This document shows positions 1 to 11,790 of a stretch of 64,000 nt of DNA, in pieces; position 1 is the first letter of the stretch; each line of letters opens with the position of its first letter. The position numbers were made by a program, and so were the translations under genes. The stretch is from Podarcis gaigeae. Its lineage: Eukaryota. Below the pieces are notes generated by a model, which saw only the letters and a program-made list of their open reading frames with translations, was not told the origin of the DNA and searched no databases. The stretch lies in NCBI GenBank assembly GCA_964106915.2, contig OZ066919.1, one strand, 5' to 3'.

Positions 1-195
1 ACGCCGTTTACCTTCCCACTGGTAAGCGGTCCCTATTTATCTACTTGCACCCGGAGGTGCTTTCGAACTGCTAGGTTGGCAGGCACTGGGACCGAGCAGC
101 GGGAGCGCACCCCGCTGCAGGGATTCAAACCGCCGACCTTTCGATCGGCAAGTCCTAGGCGCTGAGGCTTTAACCCACAGCACCACCTGCGTCCC
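1..195 (-). mobile_element. Sauria SINE (lacertid type), 5' part; continues beyond the window start
   Basis: The reverse complement begins GGGACGCAGGTGGTGCTGTGGGTTAAAGCC and closely matches the full copies at 46058-46410 and 63466-63809. Confidence 0.9.
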
Positions 196-1147
196 TCAGA
201 AGTCTGAGTTATATTAAGGTTCTTCTGCATTGTGCAGATAAACTCATGATAATCTTTTAGTTGGATTGGATTTGAAAGTAAAACTTTTTGCATTGGAAGT
301 TGGTGTTATATGAGGAAATGAAGTAGTAACAGGGAGAATGCTATAAAATAGGCAAGACCACTAAGGATGATCTGTTGCACATACTGATCTATAAAGTTTG
401 CACTAAACTACTCATAGTAAAATAGAAGACAATTTATAGACTATTGTAGAGAGAGCTTCGAATTTGAGAAATCTGACAAAAGGCCTTGAGAAGTCTATCT
501 TACCCAGATACAGGTTTTCTTTCAAGCTAAGCCTCCCAGATAGGAATTGTCATTTTTGTCTCCTATACAGCATGCAGCTGGTGTTGAATTGGTTTCTGCT
601 AAGAAAAGTTATCACTTTTCAGTCCCACCGTTCTGTTGTCAAGATGCGTTGAGTACATTTATTGTCTCAGCTACTTGAGGATGTGAATATTAGTGCAGCT
701 AACAGACAATCTGTTGTTTACTCCGCAAGTGTGACAGAGGTATAACAGTAAAAGTAGCTTCAGTTGCTCTTGCTGTAGCAAAACTATATTAAAAGTAATT
801 TGAATGTGCACAGCCAGGCTAACAGAATTTCTACAACCATGATGTTAATAATTGAAACTCCGCCTTTTTATTGTAGTCATGGTGGACTGACAAGAGAACT
901 GCCTGAATCTTTGGTTTTAAAAGTTTGAAAAAGCTGTACTTTTGTAATTCGTTTTGATAACTTTGTGTACCTTATGGCCAGGAAAAATGAAAATTTGATG
1001 GTGAAAGAAAACAATGACTGCTATCTAAGAATCAAGCCAAATTATATTCCACTTGTATAATTGATGAATCTCAGGAAAGTCCCTGATCTCAAGTAGGATA
1101 TTTATTTGTAAATCCCAAGAGTGCCAACTGTTCCTTGCCTGTTGAAT

Positions 1148-1325
1148 GTCGTTGTTGTTTAGTCGTTTAGTCGTGTCTGACTCTTTGTGACCCCATCGAC
1201 CAGAGCACGCCAGGCACTTCTGTCTTCCACTGCCTCCCGCAGTTTGGTCAGACTCATGTTTGTAGCTTCGAAGACACTATCCAACCATCTCGTCCTCTGT
1301 TGTCCCCTTCTCCTTGTGCCCTCCA
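1148..1325 (-). mobile_element. BovB (RTE) LINE 3' fragment with 12-bp TSD
   Basis: The minus strand encodes an RTE ORF C-terminus (GTRRRGQQRTRWLDSVFEATNMSLTKLREAVEDRSAWRALVDGVTKSQTRLND) and ends in a (CAA)n-type tail. TGCCTGTTGAAT is duplicated at 1136-1147 and 1326-1337. Confidence 0.92.
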
Positions 1326-1369
1326 TGCCTGTTGAATACTTGACCTCAATTTTGTGTTCTCGTTTGCAG

Positions 1370-1479
1370 CTCGCACTGAGCGATATCAGCATTTAGATTC
1401 TGAGGAAGAGGATGACACGAATGATGATGATCATGTGGAACTTAGGCAGTTTTCCTCATGTTCACCAAGGTTTAGCAAG
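1370..1479 (+). CDS. MAST2: MAST2 internal exon: end of AGC-kinase C-terminal domain ([36 protein letters not shown])
   Basis: Acceptor tttgcag| and donor AAG|gtatat; 110 nt, phase 1 to 0; contains the MAST-family [10 protein letters not shown] motif. Confidence 0.93.
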
Positions 1480-1589
1480 GTATATATTTTTAATAAATAG
1501 ATGGGATTTGAACTCTGTTGTGGTCCAAACAGTATGAACAGCTGTATGATATCTATAACTTACATGGAAGCTAGGCTGTTTAGGAGGTA

Positions 1590-2039
1590 CAGTGGTACCT
1601 TGGTTCTCAAACTTAATCCGTTCCAGAAGTCCGTTCCAAAACCAAAGTAATGCAAAATGGATTAATCTGTTCCAGTCTTTTAAAAACAACCCCTAAAACA
1701 GCAATTTAACATGAATTTTACTATCTAATGAAACCATTGATCCATAAAATGAAAGCAATAAACAATGTACTGCAGTCACACAATCAATCAATCAATCAGT
1801 AGCTGAACTGGGTTCCACACAGTCACAAAAACAAAAGAGCCGTAAAAACAAAAACGCAAAATAAATAGCAAAAACAGACAGAACTCAGAGTAACACTCAA
1901 AACGGAATCGTGGCACTCAAAATGGAGCATATTCGGCTTCTGAAAAAAGTTCACAAACTGGAACACTTACTTCCGGGTTTGCAGTTTTAGCTTCCACGTT
2001 GTTTGAATACCTAGGTTTCTGAGAACCAAGGTACCACTG
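1590..2039. mobile_element. Tc1/mariner-superfamily (Tigger/pogo-like) MITE
   Basis: Perfect 20-bp TIR CAGTGGTACCTTGGTTCTCA; TA on both flanks (1588-1589, 2040-2041); no transposase ORF. Confidence 0.9.
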
Positions 2040-2342
2040 TAATTACTTACCTGTACAAGAGCTGCCCATTTGTAAATGGACTCTGGGCCCAACAGAGTTC
2101 TGTGCTGTGATTGATGGGATTGAATTAACCACAGAGCAACATACGTGCTTTGTCAACTTTTGTGGGGGTAGGAACTTGTTAGAGATGACACACATAAGCA
2201 GGCCTTTTTTGGGAACTATTTCAGTAGAAGAATATAAAAGACGTTAGGAGAAAATTGAAAATCCGTAGCAGGATTTTCAGAAAAGATCCTAGAACATGAT
2301 GGTTGCTTAGTAATTAGCAATACTAATTGGCATGAGCAGAAT

Positions 2343-2378
2343 GCCTTATGTCCTGCTCAGGCCTTATGTCCTGCTCAA
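2343..2378. repeat. 18-bp tandem duplication
   Basis: GCCTTATGTCCTGCTCAG followed by GCCTTATGTCCTGCTCAA. Confidence 0.85.
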
Positions 2379-3167
2379 TGAGCTCTCTAGAAAAATCCAA
2401 ATGGATTTTGAAATTTGACTTCTGAACCAGAATACTCAGTGATGAGGCACAAAATGAGGTACAGATGCAGTATTTGGGGGGACACGGTGCAAAACTGAGC
2501 TGATGTAGCCCTGCCTGTGTCTTGAGCTCTGAAAAATAATACAGCATTCATCATGTGGGTGGCATGAAAGGCTCATTATAGTTTGAAAATGTTGTCTGAC
2601 AATTCATCCAGATAATTTATTAATAGCTATCCTGTTGATGTTGTGAATTTTTAATAATGTTGTTTTCATCAGTCTCATATGCAAATCAGGTTCTCAGTTG
2701 AGTTCAGTCTTATAAACACAGATTTCTCTCTCTCTCTCCTGTTAACTGTTCAATGATTTAAAATGTCATTGTAAAGCAGTTGTTGAGGCATGATTGACTA
2801 AGCAAATTAGTCAGTAGGGTGTAGGATTTCTTTTTAAAAAAATCTCTCTTGGTTAAGCTTGTACTACAGAATTTCTAGAAATAGATTTTCTCTGGGGTTG
2901 GAAATCTTAACACCCTCACCATTAATTAAATTGGTGAAGCTTTGTTTTCCAAAGCCTCTGTTACAAGCATAGAACTTAAAAGCACCTTACAGAAATAACA
3001 GCAATTTGTGGGCACCTACATCTTTTTGTTGGCTTCAGCAGATAATTAAAGGACATTGCCAATTCCATCTTTTCAGTTTAAAAATTGGAATTCTGAAATA
3101 CCCTGCGATTTAAAGAGTCTGTCAGTGACCATTGTCATTCTAATATACAATTTGCTTGTACCTATAG

Positions 3168-3319
3168 GTGTACAGCAGTATGGAACGTCTTTCCATCCAT
3201 GAAGAGAGGAAAACGCCGCCGCCTACCAAGCGTAGCCTGAGTGAGGAAAAAGATGACAGACTAGAAAGCCTTGGCCTGAAGTGTCGAGACCGCAGCTGGG
3301 TGATTGGGTCTCCTGAAAT
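3168..3319 (+). CDS. MAST2: MAST2 internal exon (VYSSMERLSIHEERKTPPPTKRSLSEEKDDRLESLGLKCRDRSWVIGSPEI)
   Basis: Acceptor cctatag| and donor AT|gtgagc; 152 nt, phase 0 to 2. TPPPTKRSLSEEK and RDRSWVIGSPEI match MAST2 as recalled. Confidence 0.95.
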
Positions 3320-4370
3320 GTGAGCGTAACAAATGCTAGGTGTCCTTTACTTTTTCTCCCTGCCTCTGGATTAAAATAATGTTTGTGGGGGCAAAGAAGC
3401 AGTGTATGAACAGATAAACTTCATAATATGCTAATATTCCATGAAGCATTTCCAGACTTTTATCACAACAAATATAACGCAACGAGTTTTACTGTTAAGC
3501 AAAAAAGTATGTGAGGGGTCTTAATCAACACAGTGCTCCCCAGATGTGAGCCATAGCTCGTCTTATCTCTGACTGTGGTGGCTCAGGCTAATGGAAATTG
3601 TACTCCATAGCATCTGAATGACAGACACCATGCTGGCTACCTTTTATCTGAAAGGGGTGCTCACATGAACATCCAAATAAAGTACCAGTGTAGAGGTTTT
3701 TACAGTCATGTATTTAAAGAAACGTATTGGTACTTTTGATTATGCTGAATACCAATGTTCCCTTCTAATACACGTCTAAATATTGGACTTGGTAGCTTAA
3801 TATTTCAAGCTGCAATTCTGTATATTCTGCTTAAATCTCAGTGATAGTGGAAAACAATATGCAGTTTCAGTAAATATTGTTTTTAAACTGTTCTCCAAAA
3901 AACTGTTCTATCAAAATAAAATGCCTTCACTCAACTACCAAAATGCTTAATTTGGCTGAAAGGAATGATTTTTTTAAAAGTAAGGGTGGGGAGGAAATCA
4001 TATATACAGCTGTTGTGGCCATTAATCATGCCTTTCCCTTTTTTGATGCTAAATGGAAAAACAGTAGTTTATGACTTGTACTCAATGCAAATAATTGTTT
4101 CACTTGGATTTTTCAATGGTAGTGCTGTGTAGCATAGTGTTAAAGAGTATGAGGAATTAGCTGGTACGTTCCTGCTTCAAAATGTGACTTTTAGGCAAGT
4201 GAAACCATCTCCTAGCTTTGCTGAGATAATGGAATATAGAGTACAACCCTCAAATTGTACTATATCAATTCTGCTGCAATTGGTGTATAAAATTTCAGTA
4301 TAAAAGGTTTTAGATTTCTGAAAGCTTTATTTCTAAATATAAAATCCACTTATACTTTGGTTTTGGTGTA

Positions 4371-4596
4371 CAGTGGTACCTCAGGTTACATACGCTTCAG
4401 GTTACATACTCCGCTAACCCAGAAATCGTGCTTCACGTTAAGAACTTTGCTTCAGGATGAATACAGAAATCGGGCTCCAGCAGCGCAGTAGCAGCAGGAG
4501 GCCCCATTAGCTAAAGTGGTGCTTCAGGTTAATAACAGTTTCAGGTTAAGTACGGACCTCCGGAACGAATTAAGTACTTAACCTGAGGTACCACTG
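4371..4596. mobile_element. Tc1/mariner-superfamily (Tigger/pogo-like) MITE
   Basis: Perfect 18-bp TIR CAGTGGTACCTCAGGTTA; TA TSD at 4369-4370 and 4597-4598. Confidence 0.92.
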
Positions 4597-4971
4597 TATT
4601 GAAAAATAGAAAGAAATGTAACCACAGCTACCTATATTGATAGGGAGCGTGGGCTGTTTGAGATTAAAAGTTTTGATAAATTGCTCAACATATTTGTGAA
4701 ATTTGTGGCTTCAATAGTGGCTTTTTAGTGTTTTCAAATCATCTAATTTCAGTTCTGTCTTGACTGAAATACCATCACTTTGATTAACAAATCATAGCAC
4801 CAAATTATCTTGCCTTTTTTATAAGCATGTCAAAGTTTGCTCCAACTAGATCGCTCATTCTTGACTTTTGCTTTATTATGCTTATATATCATTAAGAGTA
4901 GCTGCATCTTGAAATCACTAACTTCCTGAAAAATAAACTATCTGGGGTTTGTTCTGTTCTCTTCCCTACAG

Positions 4972-5258
4972 ACTGCGCAAACATCTCTCAGTGTCTGAAT
5001 CCTCTCACACAGAGAGTGACTCCAGTCCACCTCTGACTGTCCGCCGACGATGCTCTGGGCTTCTAGACATGCCCCGCTTTGCCATTTCAGCTGAGGAAGA
5101 AGGTAAAAAGAAACAGCTGGATGGGACGCAGCCACGGGAAAGCCACCCTCTTCCAATTCCAGAACAACCTGTGGAGCGAGAACTACAACTGGATGATGAG
5201 GATGGGTTTAAAACACCCTCTTCAACTATCAGTAATATAAGCAGCTCAACACTGACAG
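4972..5258 (+). CDS. MAST2: MAST2 internal exon (LRKHLSVSESSHTESDSSPPLTVRRRCSGLLDMPRF...SSSTLT)
   Basis: Acceptor ccctacag| and donor ACAG|gtatgt; 287 nt, phase 2 to 1; in frame with both neighbours. Confidence 0.92.
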
Positions 5259-6246
5259 GTATGTGCCTTTCAAGATGGAAGCATTGTCTCCACTAGGTGC
5301 ACTAGGCTTATTGTTATCTGGGCAGGTCATTCTAAACATCTCCCTACACAACATGGGGTAGAAAGATTTTGCCTCCCTGGATGCTTCTGTTCTGTTAGGC
5401 ATCTATGCATAGGCGTCATATTGAACAGGGAGTATGTGCATAAATGTCACATAGATCTGAACAGTGTGGGTGATACCACACATACAGTCTGGGGATCAAC
5501 AGTGCAATTTGGCACTACATGCACTGGATTTTACATTCATAAACCATATGCAGATGTTAACCCACACATAGATGTCCAGTGATCGATCTCTCTGAGGTGA
5601 TATAGATAGACCTGGGTGGCAGGGAGTTGCAGTCTTGCTCACCTGTCGCAGGTAAGGCGATTGTTTCTCAAGAAGCTTGTTACTCAAGTTTGCACAGTTC
5701 CACAGGGCCAATAGCTGGCTTCACTTTGGAACCGTAAAAAAGCTGGACTGCTTTTTTGTCAGGTCCATGTTAAAATATTAAAAGCTATCTCATAATGCCT
5801 TCTATAATACAGAACATCTTGTTTAGAAGTAGCAAACAAACAGGTCGTGGTCTTTGTCCCCAACTTTTGTTGATAGACTAACTGGCCTTCTTTTTTCATC
5901 ACGTTGTTTGGATCTTTAATACCACCCCTCCCCCTAAAAAATCTCAGACTTCTGCTGCTTCCAACACAGTAGCCGAGTTAGCTTTATTCAGGGTGTTTGG
6001 GGTGAAGTTTCTTTGGCTTAATTATGTGTTTTTGTAGCAGAAGGAAAACATGGTAATTTTGTTGAGATTATAACACCCCTAGTTAAATGCATCTATAAAT
6101 AAGGCTTCAGGGCTTGAATTTGCTTCTGAGGAAAGTTCACTGTCGGGCTGTGTGTAAACATGACTTTGATTTCATATACGTGCCTGCGGGGGAACAGACT
6201 GTTAGAAATTCCCTATGGTTCTAATCTATTTTAATTGATACTGTAG

Positions 6247-6462
6247 CTGGAAGCACTACAGACTTCTCTGATCAGTGCACTCGCAGTAATAGCAACGAGG
6301 GCCCAGAGTTTACTACTCCTAAAGCCACAAGTGACTTGGCAGTGCGGCGAGCCCGACATAGGCTACTCTCTGGGGAGTCTGGGGAAAAACGGACCACACG
6401 TCCTGTTAATAAAGTGATTAAGTCAGCATCGGCCACAGCCCTCTCTCTCCTAATTCCTTCAG
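6247..6462 (+). CDS. MAST2: MAST2 internal exon (...[47 protein letters not shown])
   Basis: Acceptor ctgtag| and donor TCAG|gtaaga; 216 nt, symmetric phase 1-1; conserved [12 protein letters not shown] motif. Confidence 0.92.
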
Positions 6463-7299
6463 GTAAGATACGGAAAGAGTATTATTTGGGTGACTTGCTT
6501 AAAACCAGAGGACTTTTAAGCACTTGAAGTAATACCTTTATATATTTCAAGTTGGGCCAAGATTCATTTAAAGTCATGTTGTTCTGGCGGTGAAGATGCA
6601 ATGATTTGCCATTTATAACACAATTATATATCAAGGACAGCAATTTATTTGTCAGCTTTTTAACTACATCTACCATAAGCTATTTTATTATAGTTTCTTA
6701 AAATGCAGCTTCTTTTGTTTGTAGATGTTTATGGAGCAGCATGTTAAAATTGCAAGCATGAGAAAAATGTAGGTGTCTTGTAGCTGTGCAGGCATCTACC
6801 GACATTACTGCATTTCAAGAATTTCATGAATAGCTGAGATGGTGCAAAAAAACTATGCTGCAATGGATCAAGTTACTAAGTTCATTTGAACCATAGAAAT
6901 AGAAATCTAACCTCAATGTGGCAGCAATATGGCCCTAGGCAGCTATTTGCATATAACCCTCTCCTGACGGCTCATTCTTAAGTCGCTGCGCACTGCTCCT
7001 GGCATGTCATTAGCTCTAACATTCATTGAAAAAACAAGCTGTGGGTGAATTCACTACTTAAGTCAACAGAATGAGTTTCAAATGGGTAAAATTCGCTGTG
7101 CGGGGTTGCCCTTTTTTCTCATTGCCTGCCATAGACAGTATTGGTTCATATCTGTTGTCAAGTTCAGCATTTTATGTCCAGAAGTGAGTCAATGTGGGCC
7201 AATGTTTCCCATTTACTTAACCATGACCACCTGCCATTTGCTCCCATTGGCTGGTATACTAGACAGTGTGGTTAAACAGTGAATAGGGAATATGGCAAT

Positions 7300-7610
7300 T
7301 CAGTTCACAGCCAGTGGCTGTGGATGAATATCCTTTATGAAGTTGCTTAATCCCACATCATCTTATGGTATTAAATGCCTTCTTTATGGGCAGTGTGCAA
7401 AAGTGCTTCTTTTTAATGTCCTGACTCTTGATTCAAGTGGCCATCAGTTTCATTTCATGTTCCTACGGTCTGTTTATATGAAACATTTCTCTATACCATT
7501 CATATTTTTCTAAACTTCTGTCATGCCCTCTGTAATTTTTCCAAACTAAACAGCCAAAACACTTCAGGCTTTCTTCGTGAGGAAGGTGCTCCAACCTCTT
7601 CATCATGTTA
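7300..7610 (-). mobile_element. Degraded CR1 LINE 3' region
   Basis: Resembles the antisense CR1 ORF2 3' end (ttttccaaactaaacagccaaaacacttcaggctttcttcgtgaggaaggtgctccaacc); boundaries approximate. Confidence 0.6.
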
Positions 7611-7992
7611 AACCTGTCAAAGCACTCCTTTATAGACAGGTGATTTTATAGAAGAAGAAAAACTCATAGCTTCAGATCTGAAATCAGAATATTTTTTAGG
7701 ACATGCTTACAGGTCAGTTACAGAATAAGAGAATAACTTGGCTAGGTTAGCGGTGACAAGTAATGCACAATCCTGATATTCCGTTTCTCTAACGTTGATT
7801 TGTTAAAACATATTTTCAATGGCCAATAAAAGAGGAATCAAGTGTCACTAGGCTTTTTCAAATGCAAGTGCTATAATTCTACATGTGTTACAAATCAAGA
7901 TATTTTGTTCCGCTTTCATAATTTAATGCACATTGTATTCTCTTATGAAAACCAGGCTTTCTAATTTGCAGTCCTTCTTTATTTTCATGTAG

Positions 7993-8219
7993 AGCACCAT
8001 ACGTGTTCTCCATTGGCTAGTCCAATGTCACCTCATTCTCTCTCCTCCAATCCATCTTCAAGAGACTCATCTCCAAGTCGGGACTTTTCTCCTGCTGTCA
8101 TGAATCCCAAACCACCAATCATCATCCATCGAGCTGGGAAGAAATACGGCTTCACACTTCGTGCTATTAGAGTCTACATGGGAAACAGTGATGTCTACAC
8201 AGTGCAACACATGGTCTGG
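7993..8219 (+). CDS. MAST2: MAST2 exon: Ser-rich linker and start of the PDZ domain ([16 protein letters not shown]...[35 protein letters not shown])
   Basis: Acceptor catgtag| and donor TGG|gtacgt; 227 nt, phase 1 to 0; KYGF carboxylate-binding loop of the MAST PDZ domain. Confidence 0.96.
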
Positions 8220-9114
8220 GTACGTTCGTCTCAGTCACGATATGACTCACCTAATTTGGAAAGAACCTTTAATTAACTGGGCCCAATAAAACTCCTTGTT
8301 TTTCCTTGGCTCTTCCCAGAATCAACGCAGAAATGGTGTCTCTCTTCTACAGAAATATATTGGGTGGGGGTGGGGGTGGGAAGCTCTCTATCAGAGTTGT
8401 AACCCCTGGGTTAATTACATTTAATTCCTTCTGAGCTGTGTTGACAATGATGGTCTGCTTCGGATCATCTCCTTCCCTTAGGATTTTTCACACATCTGCC
8501 TGGAGTTGATTACATGTCTTAAAGCATCACTGTCTTCCCACTGAATTGACTAGGGATTTGGAATTCAGTTCAGCTGTGAATTATACAAGGGGCTTGCTGT
8601 GTGTGCTTGCTGTTTCTCCTTCACCCGTATTCTCAGGCAGCCTGTCTTGTATATGTGTTCTCTTTTTGAAGTTTATATGCGATTGTTTGCCAGAGCCATT
8701 CCCCACAAAGAATGTTTCTCAGTTTTAATTGCATGATGCTCACAGGTTAAAAAGAAAAAAAGAAATGGGAGGGGGAAGAGTGCCCCAATTTCCCTATAGA
8801 CATCACTTAAGGTTTCCTCATCAAAATGGTGATTATTGTTTGAATCTAATTATCAGTGATACAATAATAATATGGAATAGAATAATTGCTTTTGTAAATC
8901 TGCTTCTGATCCTTATTCTGCTTGACCTTGACAAGGACTGCATTATGTAGAAGACTTAGCTGTCATAAGGCACAGGATCACATGCCACAAATTGAACACG
9001 TCATCATTTGGGTTGTTTGTTTTCATGGTTGCAATTGATTGTTTACCCATCTTGACTCATAAATATTCATAACTATTTGTATTGGGAGAGAAATTATTAT
9101 TAATAACTTAGAGA

Positions 9115-9295
9115 TGAGTAGCAGAACCACACCACATGCCATGCAGCTATAAGGCCCCAGGTGCAGTCCCTGACATCTCCAGTTAGGTAGATAAGCTGAG
9201 AAAGACCTCTGCCTGAGACCCCAGAGAACCTACACTAGATAGACGAGTGGGCTAGATGAGCCAGCGGTCTGACTTGGTATGAGGCAGTTCATTTA
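9115..9295 (+). mobile_element. Degraded Squam3-like tRNA-derived SINE
   Basis: aaggccccaggtgcagtccctgacatctccag...aaagacctctgcctgagaccccagag...ggtctgacttggtatgaggcagttc; homologous to the copies at 31905 and 58343. Confidence 0.7.
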
Positions 9296-9457
9296 TATCT
9301 TCACAAAGGTCCAAATGAAAAACTTGGTAGTGAGCATAGCATCACCTTATAGCATATAGTGCATAGAAATTCTGAGACTGGTTTGTATGTAGAGTTGAGG
9401 GCAGATAACACGAACAGATGATTTGTTGAAATTGATGTATTGTCTCTATATTGTCAG

Positions 9458-9580
9458 CATGTAGAAGAAGGTGGCCCTGCAAGTGAGGCTGGTCTGAGAG
9501 AAGGGGACTTGATAACCCATGTGAATGGAGAGCCTGTACATGGACTGGTTCATACTGAAGTGGTGGAGTTGGTCTTGAAG
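9458..9580 (+). CDS. MAST2: MAST2 exon: PDZ core ([41 protein letters not shown])
   Basis: Acceptor ttgtcag| and donor AAG|gtaaag; 123 nt, phase 0-0; PDZ signature GLxxGDxIxxVNG. Confidence 0.97.
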
Positions 9581-10457
9581 GTAAAGATGGAGTATACACC
9601 CGTGCTGTGCGAGAAGTGCAATGTGCATAAACATAAATACTTAATAAAAAAGGGATGCTTACCCCAAGGAGGTTCTCCTGGAGTATCCCTTTGTGTCATA
9701 TTGGTGTCTGACCATTTATTTCCCCAGACTTTGCTTTATCTTGCTGATGATTTTAATCTATGTTGCTTTTGTATGTTGCTCTTCGTATGCTGTTCATTAG
9801 TTTTAATTGTTTTATTTGTATTTTGATTACTATATTGTACACTGTCCTGAAGATTGGTTTTGAGAGGCAGGGTAAAAGTTTCAAGGAGTCTTGCGTTGTT
9901 AAGGCTTCTGCATATTGTACTAGAAAAATAGAGGCAGATGAACCAAAACCATTAATAGCAGCATTACTAAAACATGAATCCTTTTTCACCATAAGGAACA
10001 TGCTATTTGAATTATTCTTCTAATTTTTAAGCTGCAAAATACTATTTTCTCTTATTGCTCTCATTGTAGATTGAAAACTATTTTTTTAAGCATTTTGCTC
10101 TGATTTGTCTTAAGGCTTTTCCACATGGTAAATGTGAAATGATTTCTTTGATTTGGAATGTCCAAATGCTTCTCTTCAAGGTAGTGCTTCTGATTCATTT
10201 TCCTAACACTCAGACTGTAATATATTGTTGCTGGCGAAAAGTTTTATCTAGCTAGCATTTGAAGTGCTTTCTGGAATACAATTTCACAAGTAGATTAGTG
10301 CCTGTGACACCACAGAAGTTGCAAGCCTTCCTATGCTATGGAGCAGCAGTGGAGTTCAGTTGACAAAGAAGGAACTTGCATGAGAAATGCAAGGAGCAAA
10401 TGCACTTTGAACCTGTTGCTTGAATGGGGAGTAATTTGAATAAATATTTCTTTAGAG

Positions 10458-10585
10458 CAGGGATGGGGAACTGTGACCCTCCTGTTGTTGTAGGACTCTT
10501 AACCTCCCAGCCACCATGGTCAATAGTGAAAGATGATAGGAATTGGTCCAACAACATATGGCAGTCCACAGGTAATCCATCCATG
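10458..10585. mobile_element. Degraded non-autonomous hAT element
   Basis: Termini CAGGGATGGGGAA...ATCCATCCATG; near-identical 8-bp flanks CTTTAGAG / CTTTAGAA; related to the copy at 25128-25263. Confidence 0.65.
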
Positions 10586-10992
10586 CTTTAGAAGAGGAAG
10601 GAATACCAAAGAGAAAACCAAGTAGAAGTGCTGGAGTTGGGAAATGCTGCTTGAAATAATTTCTAGCATGAAGCTGCTGGACATGTTGTAATTTATTTGA
10701 TTGTCTTCTGCTTACCTTAACAAATTTATGTTGTATATTGGGAATCACAGTGTTGAAACTATTTGTGGCTGTCCTTCAACTAGAAAAAATGTTGCTTAAT
10801 TAGTTGAAAAACCTATGACTCAAGAAGTCCTTCTAGCAGCATTTTCTAAAGACAAAATGAATAAATACATATTGGAGAAGAAACAGAATTACAGGGGCTA
10901 ATTTAAGCCACACAGTGGTAGACTGGCATTTTCCCTAGCATTAGCATCCAGCCCAACCAAAATACTCATGAGAGATAAAGAGATAAGTAAAA

Positions 10993-11014
10993 TGTGTGTG
11001 TGTGTGTGTGTGTG
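10993..11014 (+). repeat. (TG)11 microsatellite next to a MAST2 3' splice site
   Basis: Read directly; ends 15 nt before exon start 11030. Confidence 0.95.
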
Positions 11015-11029
11015 TTTTCTTGTTGGCAG

Positions 11030-11166
11030 AGTGGAAATAAAGTGTCCATATCTACTACACCTTTTGAGAACACATCAATTAAAGTGGGGCCAGCTCGGAA
11101 GGCAAGCTATAAATCAAAGATGGCAAGGAGGAACAAGAAAAGCAAAACAAAAGATGGACAGGAAAG
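11030..11166 (+). CDS. MAST2: MAST2 exon: end of PDZ and basic region ([45 protein letters not shown])
   Basis: Acceptor ttggcag| and donor AG|gttagt; 137 nt, phase 0 to 2. Confidence 0.95.
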
Positions 11167-11602
11167 GTTAGTGATGCTTTCTCTTAGGAAATGAAATTAT
11201 GCTCTGATAGCAGTTGCCAAGGAAAATTGCAGAAATATCTTCTGCCAGTGAATGTTCTATATCACAAGAATTACACAGTGAGAAACAATTTTAGTAAGCT
11301 ATGGGTTGCACCCAGAGTTCCGTAAGTGAAGTTCCTGCTTATGAACAGGGTGGTCTCAGAATTGCCTCCATCTGCACCTTCTAAAAATCTACTCTGGATT
11401 CCTGTAGGGTCCTCTGTATGGAAATAGCACAGGGTAGGGTTGCAGGGAGAAAGGGAAACCGGCAAAATTTGTCCACCCCCCTGCACCTTGTCTACAGAAG
11501 TCTCTGCTGGATCCAAGTTTTTGCTGGGAAAAGATGCATATCAAAGATGCTACTCCTATTTGTTTTTACAAATAATGATAGTATTCACTTTCACTTTCTC
11601 AG

Positions 11603-11790
11603 TAAGAAGAAGAGCTCTCTGTTCAGGAAGATTACCAAGCAGGCTTCTCTGCTTCACACCAGCAGGAGTTTGTCTTCTCTCAACCGTTCTCTGTCATCTG
11701 GAGAGAGTGTTCCTGGTTCACCTACTCACAACCTCTCCCCTCGTTCACCAACACAGAGTTACCGATCTACTCCTGAGTCTGCACATTCAG
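11603..11790 (+). CDS. MAST2: MAST2 penultimate coding exon ([63 protein letters not shown])
   Basis: Acceptor tttctcag| and donor TCAG|gtaaaa; 188 nt, phase 2 to 1. Confidence 0.95.

Noticed and set aside
1159-1396. ORFs over the BovB fragments (also 42854-43231) as host genes or an active LINE
   Set aside because: They are short, 5'-truncated 3' ends of the RTE ORF or its antisense, with no RT or endonuclease core.
11601-11612. Tandem in-frame alternative acceptors in AGTAAGAAGAAG
   Set aside because: The downstream AGs are 4, 7 and 10 nt from the main acceptor, so all would shift the frame.
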